From assembly GCA_965261345.1 (NCBI GenBank), contig OZ253449.1, forward strand, positions 576,001 through 640,000: DNA of 64,000 bases, in the 5' to 3' direction. A model generated the notes under the pieces. It searched no databases, was not told the origin of the DNA, and worked only from the letters and a program-made list of their open reading frames with translations. The stretch comes from Chloroflexota bacterium (GTDB taxonomy: Bacteria > Chloroflexota > UBA11872 > VXNJ01). The first letter of the stretch is position 1. Every line of letters begins with the position of its first letter. This document shows positions 37,902-47,706 of the stretch, piece by piece. The position numbers and the translations under genes are program-made.

Positions 37902-39200
37902 TCAGGCGGTCGCGAGGACCTCGGCGAATTCGTCCTGGCCAGCAAACGGGCCCAACACCGCCAGGCGGTAGTCGGCAGGCCGGAGCACCCGCTGGGCCAC
38001 CCGCACTATATCGTCTCTGGAAACTGAACCAATCATCGCAATCGCCTCGGACAACGGCACCACTTTGCCCTGCAGGGCGGTTTGGCGACCGATCCAGGAG
38101 AGCACCCCGCGAGTATCCTCGGTGCCCAGGATCAGGCGTCCGCGCACGAATTCGCGCGCCCGTTCAAGTTCATCGGCGGCCAGGCCATCGCCCGCCTTGG
38201 AAAGCTCGACCGCGATCGCCCGCAGCGCGCTTACGGCTTTCTCAGGACTAACCCCGGCGTACACGCCGAAGTGGCCCTGATCGGAAGCAGCGTGCCAGTA
38301 GGCAAATACCGAATAGGCCAACCCCATCTGCTCGCGAATGCGCTGGAATAGCCGCGAACTCATCCCTTGTCCGAGGGCGGCGATGAGCAGATTGAGCGCA
38401 TAACGGTCGGGATCGTCCTGGGCCGGGGCCGGCATCGTCAGGAGCATATTTGCCTGCTCGGTGGGCCGCTCGCTCACCAGCACCCCTTGGCCTTGCGCCC
38501 GTCCGTCGGAATAGGATCTGGCGTCCGGGGCTTTCGGGCGTTGCCAGTTCCCGAACTCGCGTTCGGCTATCGCCACAACTTCGTCGTGCGAGGGACGCCC
38601 GGCAACCGCCACCACTGCGGCCGTCGGGTGGTAGCGATCGTTGACAAAACCGAGGATATCGCTGCGGCCGATGGCATTTAGGACATCGGCGGTTCCAGCG
38701 ATATCGCGCCCCATCGGGTGATTGGGATAGGTGATCCGGTCGGAAAGCAGCCCGGTCATTGACTGCGGATCGTCGTAGTACATATCGAGTTCTTCCAATA
38801 TGACCTGGCGTTCGCGATCGACGTCGTCGGGTGGAATCAGGTGTTCGGTAACCAGGGAGGAGATCACCCCGGCGCCCAGCTCAAACCGCGGAGCCGGGAC
38901 CTTGCACCAATACGTAACCAACTCCTTGCCGGTGGAGGCGTTCAGGACCCCGCCGACACCCTCGATCTGTTCGGAAATGAGGCGCGCATTGGGCCAGCGC
39001 TTGGTCCCTTTAAATACCAGGTGCTCGATAAAGTGCGAGATGCCGGCCTGCCGTTCAGTTTCAAAGCGCGAACCGGCGTTTAGCAGGACCGCGTAGGAAA
39101 CCGCCTGGGTGTTGGGCATGGTGGCCGATACCACCCGCAATCCATTCGCAAGCCGGCTGGTCTGGACCTGATCGATGGGATTGGCGGAAATGTCGAGCAT
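37902..39200 (-). CDS. M16 family (pitrilysin-like) zinc peptidase
   Basis: GISHFIEHLVFKGT (HxxEH), ER.VILEE, GMSSRLFQRIRE..GLAYSV. Confidence 0.93.
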   Translation of the reverse strand: MLDISANPIDQVQTSRLANGLRVVSATMPNTQAVSYAVLLNAGSRFETERQAGISHFIEHLVFKGTKRWPNARLISEQIEGVGGVLNASTGKELVTYWCKVPAPRFELGAGVISSLVTEHLIPPDDVDRERQVILEELDMYYDDPQSMTGLLSDRITYPNHPMGRDIAGTADVLNAIGRSDILGFVNDRYHPTAAVVAVAGRPSHDEVVAIAEREFGNWQRPKAPDARSYSDGRAQGQGVLVSERPTEQANMLLTMPAPAQDDPDRYALNLLIAALGQGMSSRLFQRIREQMGLAYSVFAYWHAASDQGHFGVYAGVSPEKAVSALRAIAVELSKAGDGLAADELERAREFVRGRLILGTEDTRGVLSWIGRQTALQGKVVPLSEAIAMIGSVSRDDIVRVAQRVLRPADYRLAVLGPFAGQDEFAEVLATA

Positions 39201-39409
39201 TGCGAAGGTACTTGAGCTACGAGGCGTTCGGGCAACGGTTGTTGCCGGCGATTATCCCTGCCGCGGGCCCGCATTCTGCGTGCCAGGGCAAGGATTGGCA
39301 AATATGCGCAAGCCTTACTTGCGGCAACCGAACGGTCGGGGCGACAAGCCGCAGTTTACCTAGCTCAAAAATAGCCGCTGAATGGCCAACGGGCCCAACC
39401 GATCGGCGC

Positions 39410-39429
39410 GGCGCCGCCTAGGCGGCGCC
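39410..39429. repeat. Perfect 20-bp palindrome in intergenic region
   Basis: ggcgccgcctaggcggcgcc. Confidence 0.85.
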
Positions 39430-39552
39430 AGGACCCCCGGGCGGCCCGCGCGGCGCGAGACCGGATCAAACCAGGCGGGTTCCGCTAGCGATTCGGACGG
39501 CCGACGGGACCGGAGGACCGGACGCGATTATTTATGGCGGCCGGACGCCTGC

Positions 39553-40089
39553 TTAGCGCCTCACTTCGCGCAGCAGGTGGGCCAGTTCGGGCAGCAAGAT
39601 ATCACCCAACGCGGTCGCGACCGCGTTGGGTGACCCCGGGGTGATAGCAACAATACGATCGCCGATTGATCCGGCCAATGCCCGGCTCAATATCGCCGCA
39701 GTTCCAATCTGGTCCCAGCTGATCCGCCGGAATGCTTCGCCATAACCAGGGATCACCTTGTCCAATCGTCCGGCTATGGTCTCGACCGTCTGGTCGCGCG
39801 CGCCCAGCCCTGTACCGCCTAGAAATATGAGGCAGTCGCAATCCGTGGACAGGAATTCATCAAGCGCCGCCTCAATTTCACGGGGCTCATCGCGCACCAA
39901 TTCAACCGGCATCGGGAAATGGCCGGCGGCCGCGACCAGGTCGGCAGCCACCCTGCCGGAAACGTCCGTCCGGGCAGTGCGGGTATCGGATACGACCACC
40001 AACTGGCAGCGGGCCGGAGGTATTGAGTCGGCCTCGATCCGGTGGTCTCTGGTCGATTCCGAACCGTCGGGTTGCCGGCGACCGGACAC
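39553..40089 (-). CDS. moaB: Molybdenum cofactor biosynthesis protein B (MoaB/Mog)
   Basis: VSDTRT..D.SG, GGTG...RD.T.E, IPGYGE.FR, SRA.AG, PGSP.AV. GTG start follows the fbaB stop. Confidence 0.88.
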   Translation of the reverse strand: MSGRRQPDGSESTRDHRIEADSIPPARCQLVVVSDTRTARTDVSGRVAADLVAAAGHFPMPVELVRDEPREIEAALDEFLSTDCDCLIFLGGTGLGARDQTVETIAGRLDKVIPGYGEAFRRISWDQIGTAAILSRALAGSIGDRIVAITPGSPNAVATALGDILLPELAHLLREVRR

Positions 40090-40091
40090 GA

Positions 40092-41003
40092 TTAGAGCGC
40101 GTGAGCGCGCATTCGGTCTTTGATCTGGGCGATTATTGCCTTCGATGCCGAGCGTTCGCGTTGCCAAATATTGCGGCCATAGATGAATCCGCTGGCGCCG
40201 GCGGCCATCGAGACTTCGACCCGCTCCAACAGTTGGCTGTCGCTTACCCGCGAGCCGCCCGACATGATCACCAGCGAATGGCCGGCTGAACTCATGATCT
40301 GCTCTAGTGCCGCGGCCAGATCTGGCCAAACCATCGTGTCATAGGGCTTGGGGGCGTCCCTGACCGGACCGATCGATCCGTCAGCATTTTGTACCGGGTA
40401 GTTGACCTTGATCACATCGGCCCCGAGTTCGGTGGCAACCCGTGCGGCGTAGTCGATCGCGTACATGCTGTCACGCCCGCCCTTGCCGTCGATGTCGCTA
40501 CCGCGCGGATAAGCCCAGACCACAACCGGTATCCCGGCCCGCTCGGCCTCGAGCCGAACTTGCGAGAAATTCTCAAAGTCCAGTTCCTGTTGGGCCGAAC
40601 CGAAGTACAGGGTATAGCCAATCGCATCGGCTCCGATCCGGACGGCGTCCTCGACCCGTGCGGTCAACGGCGAACGCGGAGCGGCAGCGGGCGGAATTTC
40701 ACTCTTGCCGTTGATTTTCAGTATCAGCGGGACCGCCCCGGGGTAGCGGCCAATGTATTTGTTGGCCAACCCGTATTGAACGGCAATTGCGGAGTAGCCG
40801 GTTTCGGCCGCGAGCGAAAAAACGTAGTCGGGATTTAGGCTGTTGGGATTGACGAAGAAATCACGCGGCCCGTGCTCCATGCCCTGGTCGACCGGCAACA
40901 CCAGCAAGGTTGAGCCGCCGGGGCCGTAGTGATTGAGCATGCGTCCGAGTCGTACGCGTTTACCAACGCTTAGCTCTAGGTCGTTAAGGGTTGGTCTGGT
41001 CAT
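40092..41003 (-). CDS. fbaB: Class I (DhnA-type) fructose-bisphosphate aldolase
   Basis: LPVDQG.EHGP, GADAIG.T.Y.GS, WAYPRG, GADVIKVN, SGG, YGRNIWQ. Confidence 0.9.
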   Translation of the reverse strand: MTRPTLNDLELSVGKRVRLGRMLNHYGPGGSTLLVLPVDQGMEHGPRDFFVNPNSLNPDYVFSLAAETGYSAIAVQYGLANKYIGRYPGAVPLILKINGKSEIPPAAAPRSPLTARVEDAVRIGADAIGYTLYFGSAQQELDFENFSQVRLEAERAGIPVVVWAYPRGSDIDGKGGRDSMYAIDYAARVATELGADVIKVNYPVQNADGSIGPVRDAPKPYDTMVWPDLAAALEQIMSSAGHSLVIMSGGSRVSDSQLLERVEVSMAAGASGFIYGRNIWQRERSASKAIIAQIKDRMRAHAL

Positions 41004-41032
41004 TAGGGCTCCGGAACAAACATTCCCTCAAA

Positions 41033-41914
41033 TTATCGCGAAAGGCCATTTCTCAACCCTGCAGTCGGGTCGGCTAGGGCGCTCAGGGCGCGCCAGTTTT
41101 GCGGCGGGCAGAGCGAGGTTCCAAGCGGGTTGTTCCCGCTGGCCGGGCCATGGTAATCGCTGCCGCCGGTCGGAATCAGATCAAATCGCCGGGCAAATTC
41201 CAGCGCCCAAGAGCGCTCACGATCGCAAAAGTCACCGTAATAAACCTCGAGCCCGACCAGGCCGTTGGAGCAGGCTTCCGGGAGCAATCCCTCAAGATCT
41301 AGCCGGCGGTTGTGGAAATCGTAGTAAGGGTGGGCAATCACCGCCAACCCACCGGCAGACCGGATTTTCCCAATTGCGTCGGCGACGGAGACCGGTTCGC
41401 CTCCGACATAGGCCGGAGCGTCATTGCCCAACCATCGCGCAAAAACCCGGTTCCAATCACTCTCGTATCCCGCCTCGATTACCGCCCTGGCGATGTGGGG
41501 ACGGCCGATCTGGGCGCCGGCGGCGATCTCGGCGACGCGGTCGAACGAAATCTCAACCCCGAGCTCGGCCAGCCGCGCGACCATCGCGCGCGCCCGACCC
41601 TGTCGGCTGTCGCGTTTGGCAGCATCGAGCCGTCGCATCGCCGGTGAGGCAGGATCGCAAAAGTAGCCGAGCAGGTGCACGGTCTGTTCGCGACCGTCTT
41701 CGGTGCGCCAATTGCTCGAAATCTCCACCCCTGCCACAACCTCGATGCCAAGTTCTCGGCCGGCCGACTGGGCTGCCCGGGTACCGGCCATGGTGTCGTG
41801 GTCGGTGACCGCGATCACCGCAAGTCCGGCGGCGGCGGCGGCGGCGGCCAGCGCCGCCGGCGCGAGTTCGCCATCACTGGCGGTGGTGTGAGTGTGTAAA
41901 TCTGCGCCGATCAT
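41033..41914 (-). CDS. PHP-domain metal-dependent phosphoesterase (TrpH/YciV-like)
   Basis: DLHTHT.ASDG, TDHD, GVEIS, HLLGY, GRPHIA, AHP, GGSDYHG. Confidence 0.92.
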   Translation of the reverse strand: MIGADLHTHTTASDGELAPAALAAAAAAAGLAVIAVTDHDTMAGTRAAQSAGRELGIEVVAGVEISSNWRTEDGREQTVHLLGYFCDPASPAMRRLDAAKRDSRQGRARAMVARLAELGVEISFDRVAEIAAGAQIGRPHIARAVIEAGYESDWNRVFARWLGNDAPAYVGGEPVSVADAIGKIRSAGGLAVIAHPYYDFHNRRLDLEGLLPEACSNGLVGLEVYYGDFCDRERSWALEFARRFDLIPTGGSDYHGPASGNNPLGTSLCPPQNWRALSALADPTAGLRNGLSR

Positions 41915-41981
41915 TTCGCCCTGATTTGAATGGGGGCAAGCGCCCGCCGCATCGAATTGGGGCCGGCCGTAGGAGGATAGA

Positions 41982-43427
41982 TCACGGGCTGGCGGCGGGC
42001 GGATCGCCGCTGCTGCCGAGCCAGCCAAAACCGAAACTCCCGATGAACTGATCGGCCAGGGCCGGGCCGGGGCTACCCGGTTCGTACTCGCCCAAACGGT
42101 AGGATCCAACCTGCTCCCAACCCTTGACCAGCGGATCAATGACCTGCCATGCCAATTCGATTTCATCGGAACGGATAAAGAGGGTGGAGTCGCCGTTTAA
42201 CGCATCCACCAATAGGCGTTCGTAGGCATCGGGTATCTCGGCGTCCGGCAACACTTGCGCGTAATCGAAGTTCATCTTGGCGGTAGCAAGTTGCATGCGT
42301 CCGGGCAACCGGGTCTCAAAACTCAATTCGATTCCTTCGGCTGGTTGCAAACGCAGGGTTAAGGCATTTGGAGTTAGCGCCAGGTCCTCGTTGCCGCCGG
42401 AGAACATCACATGCTGCGGGGAATGGAATTCGACGATGACCTCAGTCGTTCGGGCCGGCAGGGCCTTTCCCGATCGCAGGAAGAACGGAACTCCCTTCCA
42501 GCGCCAGTTGTCAACCTGCAGTCGCAGCGCAGCAAATGTGGCGGTGTTGGAATTGCCCGCAACTCGCGGGCTTTCCCTGTATCCGGCATACTGCCCGCGA
42601 ACCGATTCAGAATATATCGCCTCTCCCACCACTGGACGGATCGCCCGTAGCACCTTAACCTTCTCGTTGCGCAGCGCATCGGCGGCGATGATTGCGGGTG
42701 GCTCCATTGCGACCAGGGCGACCAGTTGCATGATGTGGTTCTGGAACATGTCGCGCCACACGCCGGCCGCATCGTAGTAGCCGCCACGGTTCCCGATATC
42801 CTCAGACTCGGCAACGGTAATTTGGACCTGTCGAATGTAATGGTTGTTCCAGATCGGTTCGAAAAGCCCGTTGGCGAACCTGAGCACCAGAATGTTCTGG
42901 ACGGTGTCCTTGCCCAGGTAGTGGTCAATTCGCAGGATTTGGCTCTCGTCAAATCCCTGGTGTAGCTCCAGGTTGAGCCGACGGGCCGAGCCCAGGTCGC
43001 GCCCGAACGGCTTTTCCACCACCAGGCGGGCATTGCCGTCGCCGAATTTGGCTTCCAGGCCGGCCAACCCGACCGCGATCGGCGCAAAAAAGCGCGGCGC
43101 GCAGGCCAGGTAGTAGAGCCGCCGCGCCGATCTGGCGGCCGACAGGTTGGTAATCTGGCGGCCGAGGGCAGAATAGTCTGCGGGCCGGTCAAAATCAAGC
43201 CGTAGGTAGGAAATCCTGGCGCAAAACTCGGCCCATAGCATCTCGTCCACACCGGTTGGCGCCAATCGCTTTAGCAGTTCGGCGCGGTCGATTGCCGTAT
43301 GTGCCACCGCCAGGATCTGGAGGTCCGCTTCGATGCGACGGCAACGCCACCCTTCCAGTAGCGCCGGGATCAGCTTGCGGCGGGCCAGGTCCCCGGTGGC
43401 ACCGAAGATAACGAATACGTGAGCTAC
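41982..43427 (-). CDS. zwf: Glucose-6-phosphate 1-dehydrogenase; start codon non-canonical/unresolved
   Basis: In-frame VIFGATGDLARRKLIPAL upstream of the called ORF, EKPFG, RIDHYLGK, DMFQNH, WRWKGVPF, AYERLL. Confidence 0.93.
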   Translation of the reverse strand, partial: VAHVFVIFGATGDLARRKLIPALLEGWRCRRIEADLQILAVAHTAIDRAELLKRLAPTGVDEMLWAEFCARISYLRLDFDRPADYSALGRQITNLSAARSARRLYYLACAPRFFAPIAVGLAGLEAKFGDGNARLVVEKPFGRDLGSARRLNLELHQGFDESQILRIDHYLGKDTVQNILVLRFANGLFEPIWNNHYIRQVQITVAESEDIGNRGGYYDAAGVWRDMFQNHIMQLVALVAMEPPAIIAADALRNEKVKVLRAIRPVVGEAIYSESVRGQYAGYRESPRVAGNSNTATFAALRLQVDNWRWKGVPFFLRSGKALPARTTEVIVEFHSPQHVMFSGGNEDLALTPNALTLRLQPAEGIELSFETRLPGRMQLATAKMNFDYAQVLPDAEIPDAYERLLVDALNGDSTLFIRSDEIELAWQVIDPLVKGWEQVGSYRLGEYEPGSPGPALADQFIGSFGFGWLGSSGDPPAASP

Positions 43428-43432
43428 CGGAT

Positions 43433-44349
43433 CTACTCCCGCGCGCGCACAGCGTGGCCGCCAAATTGCTGGCGCAAGGCCGCCAGCATCCGGTCTGAAA
43501 ACGGTGAGGGATCGCGCGAGCGAAAACGTCGCATTAGGGCCAGCGTAAGCACTTCAGCAGGACTGTCCAGGTCGATCGCTTCCTGCACGGTCCAGCGCCC
43601 TTCACCCGAATCCGATACGTAAGCCTCCAGTTTTTCAAGTCGCGGGTCGTCGTCGAGCGCATTGACCGCAAGGTCTAACAACCACGATGAGATGACCGAC
43701 CCGTATTGCCAAATCCGACCCACCGCCAGCAAGTCGAGGTCAAGTTCCTCCTTCTTGGCCAGGATTTCGAAACCTTCCGCCAGCGCCTGCATCATGCCGT
43801 ATTCGATGCCGTTGTGGATCATCTTGCAAAAATGTCCGGCTCCGGCCGGGCCGACCCGGCCATAGCCTCGGTCAGGGCTGGGCGCCAACGCCACAAAAAG
43901 CGGTTCAAGACGGTCGAAGACATCCTGGGGGCCGCCGATCATGCAGCTATACCCGTTCACCAGGCCCCAGACTCCGCCGGATGTTCCGCAATCGAGAAAC
44001 TCGATTCCTTCGCTGGCCAGCCGGGCGGCCCGCTGCTGTGAATCCTTGTAGTTGGCATTACCGCCGTCGATGATCGTGTCGCCGGGAGACAGCAAGGGAA
44101 TCAGGTCGCAGATCATTCGTTCGGTAACCGCGCCCGCCGGGACCATGGTCCAGACCACCCTCTTCCCGGGGGCGGCCTCCAACCGATCAACCAGCTCGTT
44201 GAGCCGGGCCGCTCCTACCGCCCCTTTGGCAACGGCGGCGGCTACCGGTTCCGGGGAGCGGTTTGTGCTACCACACGATGTCCGGCGGCCAGCCACCGCT
44301 CGGTCATGTTCAGGCCCATCCGCCCCAATCCGATGATCCCTATTTCCAA
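43433..44349 (-). pseudogene. gnd: 6-phosphogluconate dehydrogenase (short, decarboxylating) with 1-nt frame break near 44263
   Basis: TTG 44349 frame gives MEIGIIGLGRMGLNM...GHRVVA. The other frame gives NRSPE...MVPAG, IDGGN, SGGVWG, KMIHNGIEYG, DSGEGRW, LRQQFGGH. Confidence 0.88.
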
Positions 44350-44407
44350 TTTGGCCCACGTTCCTTACAAACAAACTGCTCCGCCGGCGGAATTTTTTCC
44401 GACCCGG

Positions 44408-46003
44408 CTAAAAATTCTCGACCAAGGTAGATACCGTCAATCCCAGTTCGCCGGTAAATTCGATGCAGGCGACATTGCGCCCGAGGCCGGCCAGGGTTTG
44501 GCTGTCGCCCACCGCCTGTGCCCGGGCCAGCGTCGCAAGCCCGAAACGGCGGTCCGGCAAGGATTCTTCCCGACCGGCCGGGGCGGGGAGCAGATACAGA
44601 AAGCTCCCGTTGCCGGGCCCGCCTTTATGCAATTGGCCGGTTGAATGCAAATAGCGCGGTCCGTAACCGCTGGTTACCGCACCGGCGCCCCGCGCCAGCA
44701 GGAACTGTGCCAATTCCGCCAACGCACGATCGGTGTCAACGGATTCAGAGGAATAGGCCAGGATCGCCGCATAACCATCTGGGTCCAATCGTCCAAGCCA
44801 GTCGGAAAAGGAGGTCTGTCCGGACGACGGCAGCTCGGACCCTTGGGTCAGGCTGGCCAGCAGCGCGGCGGTGGTGTCCTTGGCACGCTGCACATCGGGT
44901 TGATCGAAGGGATTTACCCTGATCAGGCAACCGGTCAGGGCGATCGCCATCATCCAGACGTACATTTCCCCCGCGATCGCCAGTTCGTCGGTCAGGTCGC
45001 GGCGTTCAACGAAGGTTCCCTGAGCGTGAAGATCCTGCACCAGCCGATCGGCATCGACGTTGTCGTCTCCTTGAAGGCGCAGCTGGCAAAAGACGCGATT
45101 GGCACGGTAGGCGCCAGCCGGCTGGACCGGTTCGTTGCTGATCGGCAAAATGCCGATTCCTCGTTTGCCCAGGCTTTCGGCGACCAGCTGCTCAATCCAA
45201 AGACCCAGTCGCGCGAGCCGTGGTGAGCAGATCAGGGTGAATTTGTCGCGACCGGCCAACTGACCGGCGGCCAACAGGGTGGCCAGCTTGGCGGCGGGAT
45301 TGGCGGCGGGATCGGTCCTTGGTCCGCAGGCCCGGCGTGCCGATTCGGCAGCGGAAATGATGCTGGTCAAATCGGCCCCCATCAGGGCGGGCGATATCAA
45401 GCCGAAAGCGGTAAACGCCGAGAACCGTCCCCCGACCCGCGGATCGCCCGGCAAATAGACCGAGAACCCGTGCTCGATCGCAAATTGAGCCAATTTCGAA
45501 CCGGGGTCGGAAATTGCCGCAAACTGCGACCACGGGTCGACAACGCCGGACTGGTGCAACCGGCGGTGAAAGTGGTCGACCAGCGCCCAGACCTCGGTGG
45601 TAGTGCCCGATTTGGAGGCGGCGACAAACAGGGTCTGGGCAAGATCTATCTTTTCCTCCAGGACCCCAACCTGATCCGGGACGGTGCTATCTAGCACGTG
45701 GAATTGAAGGCCGCTTGCCCGATCGCCCAGTAACGACCGGAAGACGTCCGCGGCGAGGCTGCTGCCACCCATCCCCAACAGCACCGCGTGCTTGAACCCG
45801 CGGTGGCGTGATCGGTCCGCCAGGCTCAGCAACCCGTCCAGGCGGCCGCGTCCGGCGTCCGGGTAGCCGAGCCAGCCCAACACCGATTCGACGGCATCCT
45901 GGGACCGCCACAGCCCGGGGCACTGGTCCCATATCCGGGCGATCAGATTCTGCTCGGCAATCTGGGCGGCGGCGGCCGCCCGCTGCCTCGAGTTGGCCTG
46001 CAT
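44408..46003 (-). CDS. pgi: Glucose-6-phosphate isomerase (type found in Tal-Pgi fusions)
   Basis: GMGGSSL, SKSGTT.E, GGRFS, W.EQL.AESLGK, NPFDQP.V..AK, GPRYLHSTGQLHKGG. Confidence 0.88.
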   Translation of the reverse strand: MQANSRQRAAAAAQIAEQNLIARIWDQCPGLWRSQDAVESVLGWLGYPDAGRGRLDGLLSLADRSRHRGFKHAVLLGMGGSSLAADVFRSLLGDRASGLQFHVLDSTVPDQVGVLEEKIDLAQTLFVAASKSGTTTEVWALVDHFHRRLHQSGVVDPWSQFAAISDPGSKLAQFAIEHGFSVYLPGDPRVGGRFSAFTAFGLISPALMGADLTSIISAAESARRACGPRTDPAANPAAKLATLLAAGQLAGRDKFTLICSPRLARLGLWIEQLVAESLGKRGIGILPISNEPVQPAGAYRANRVFCQLRLQGDDNVDADRLVQDLHAQGTFVERRDLTDELAIAGEMYVWMMAIALTGCLIRVNPFDQPDVQRAKDTTAALLASLTQGSELPSSGQTSFSDWLGRLDPDGYAAILAYSSESVDTDRALAELAQFLLARGAGAVTSGYGPRYLHSTGQLHKGGPGNGSFLYLLPAPAGREESLPDRRFGLATLARAQAVGDSQTLAGLGRNVACIEFTGELGLTVSTLVENF

Positions 46004-46011
46004 TGGACCCC

Positions 46012-47115
46012 CTAGCCCACCGCGGCCAGGGCCTTGGCCTTGCCGGCGACGACCTCGAGCAGACCGTCGTAGGACCGGGCAAAGGAATCGATGCCGGCAA
46101 TCGTGAGCTCGTCGGTTATCGAATCAAGGTCCATTCCGGCGTCGCGGGCGGCCGATATCCGCTGGCCGGCGTGTTCGAGCCCGTGGTCCAACGCAGGCTT
46201 GGCGACCCCGTGGTCCAACCAGGCTTCCAGAGTTGCCGAAGGCAGGGTGTTGACGGTGTCGCGGCCGATCAATTCCGTCACGTATAGGACGTCGGGAAGG
46301 TTCGGGTTCTTAGTACTTGTGGAAGCCCACAGGCAGCGCTGCGGGCGAGCACCGGCGTCCGCCAACGTGGCGAATTCGTCGGAGCCGAACAGCTCACCAA
46401 AACTGGCATAGGCGAGCAGGGCGTTATCGATCGCGATCGTGCCGATCAGATCCGCCCGCCCCAGCCGCTGCAGTTCGGCATCGGCGGCGGTATCGACCCG
46501 CGATACGAAAAAGGAGGCCACCGAAGCTACCGCCCGCAGATCGCCGCCGGAGGCCTTCAAGATTTTTAGCCCGTCGATGTAGGCCTTTGCGATCTCCCGG
46601 TAGCGGGCGACCGCAAAGAGCAGCGTCACGTTGACGTTGATACCTTCGCCGATCAGGGCCCGAAATGCCCCGACCCCGGCCGCGGTGCCTGGCACCTTGA
46701 TCATCAGGTTGGGCCGATCGACCTTGGTCCACAGCCGCCGGGCAGCCGTGACCGATCCGGGTTCGTCATCGGCCAGGGCGGGCGGAAGTTCGTAGCTGAC
46801 AAATCCATCAGCGGCGGCGGTATCGGCATACACGCCGGCGAATGCATCACAGGCACGGGTAATGTCGGCCAGGGCAATTTCCTCAAAAATCTGGGCCGCA
46901 TCGAGGCCCGCCCGGGCCAGCGTGGCGACGTCGGCATCATAGTCGGCAGAACTGGAAACCGCTTTTTCAAAGATGGTGGGATTGGAGGTAACTCCGCGCA
47001 CTCCGAGATCTATGAGCTCACCCAGTCGGCCGGAGTCGATCAGGTTGCGGCTGATCTCATCCAGCCAGACCGCCTGGCCATGGCGCAAGAGTTCAGTTAG
47101 TGGGTTGGTGGTCAC
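46012..47115 (-). CDS. tal: Transaldolase
   Basis: GQAVWLD, GVTSNPTIF, MIKVP.T, NVTLLF, ASFFVSRVD, LWASTSTK, TVNT.P. Confidence 0.95.
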   Translation of the reverse strand: MTTNPLTELLRHGQAVWLDEISRNLIDSGRLGELIDLGVRGVTSNPTIFEKAVSSSADYDADVATLARAGLDAAQIFEEIALADITRACDAFAGVYADTAAADGFVSYELPPALADDEPGSVTAARRLWTKVDRPNLMIKVPGTAAGVGAFRALIGEGINVNVTLLFAVARYREIAKAYIDGLKILKASGGDLRAVASVASFFVSRVDTAADAELQRLGRADLIGTIAIDNALLAYASFGELFGSDEFATLADAGARPQRCLWASTSTKNPNLPDVLYVTELIGRDTVNTLPSATLEAWLDHGVAKPALDHGLEHAGQRISAARDAGMDLDSITDELTIAGIDSFARSYDGLLEVVAGKAKALAAVG

Positions 47116-47202
47116 CGTGTTGTTCCTTTTTAGGGTATTCATCATCGGTTTGGCAGGGTGGGAATTCTCACGATTCGACTGCCGGGGCGGCCGGCGAATC
47201 GG

Positions 47203-47658
47203 CTATCTGGGTTGCTCAGCCTCGATTGCGGAAACTTTTTGCAGCCGGCGCAGGAAGCGCTCTTGGGGGTCAAATTCTGCGTTCAGGAATGCCTCGACTA
47301 TCTCAAGCGCCGGTTCCACTCCAATCACCCGGCCGCCCAGACACAGGATGTTCATGGCATCGTGCTCGACCCCTTGGTGGGCCGAATACCGATCATGGCA
47401 GGTGGCCGCTCGAACTCCGATGTGCTTGGAGCAGGCGATCGCCGCGCCGACCCCGGAGCCGCAGATGACAATTCCGCGTTCGACACGCCCAGATTGGACT
47501 GCTTGGGCAACTGCGGCGCAGAAATCAGGCCAATCATCGTCCGGATCAAACTGGCTGGCACCGCAGTCCTCGACTTGATGGGGTTTACCGGCCAGATAGG
47601 CCAACACCTGCGTTTTTAGCGCAAACCCGCCGTGATCGGCACCGATTGCCAATTTCAT
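47203..47658 (-). CDS. rpiB: Ribose-5-phosphate isomerase B
   Basis: GADHGG, CGSGVG, EHD.MN.LCLG.R, R..RR..K. Confidence 0.93.
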   Translation of the reverse strand: MKLAIGADHGGFALKTQVLAYLAGKPHQVEDCGASQFDPDDDWPDFCAAVAQAVQSGRVERGIVICGSGVGAAIACSKHIGVRAATCHDRYSAHQGVEHDAMNILCLGGRVIGVEPALEIVEAFLNAEFDPQERFLRRLQKVSAIEAEQPR

Positions 47659-47706
47659 AAGTTATCCGTCTTTTGGTTGTAGTGGTCAAATGTCGGAATC
47701 GCGCAC

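Noticed and set aside
46004-46014. Stop-codon readthrough producing a Tal-Pgi fusion
   Set aside because: The gap between the tal TAG and the pgi ATG is 8 nt, so the ORFs are out of frame.
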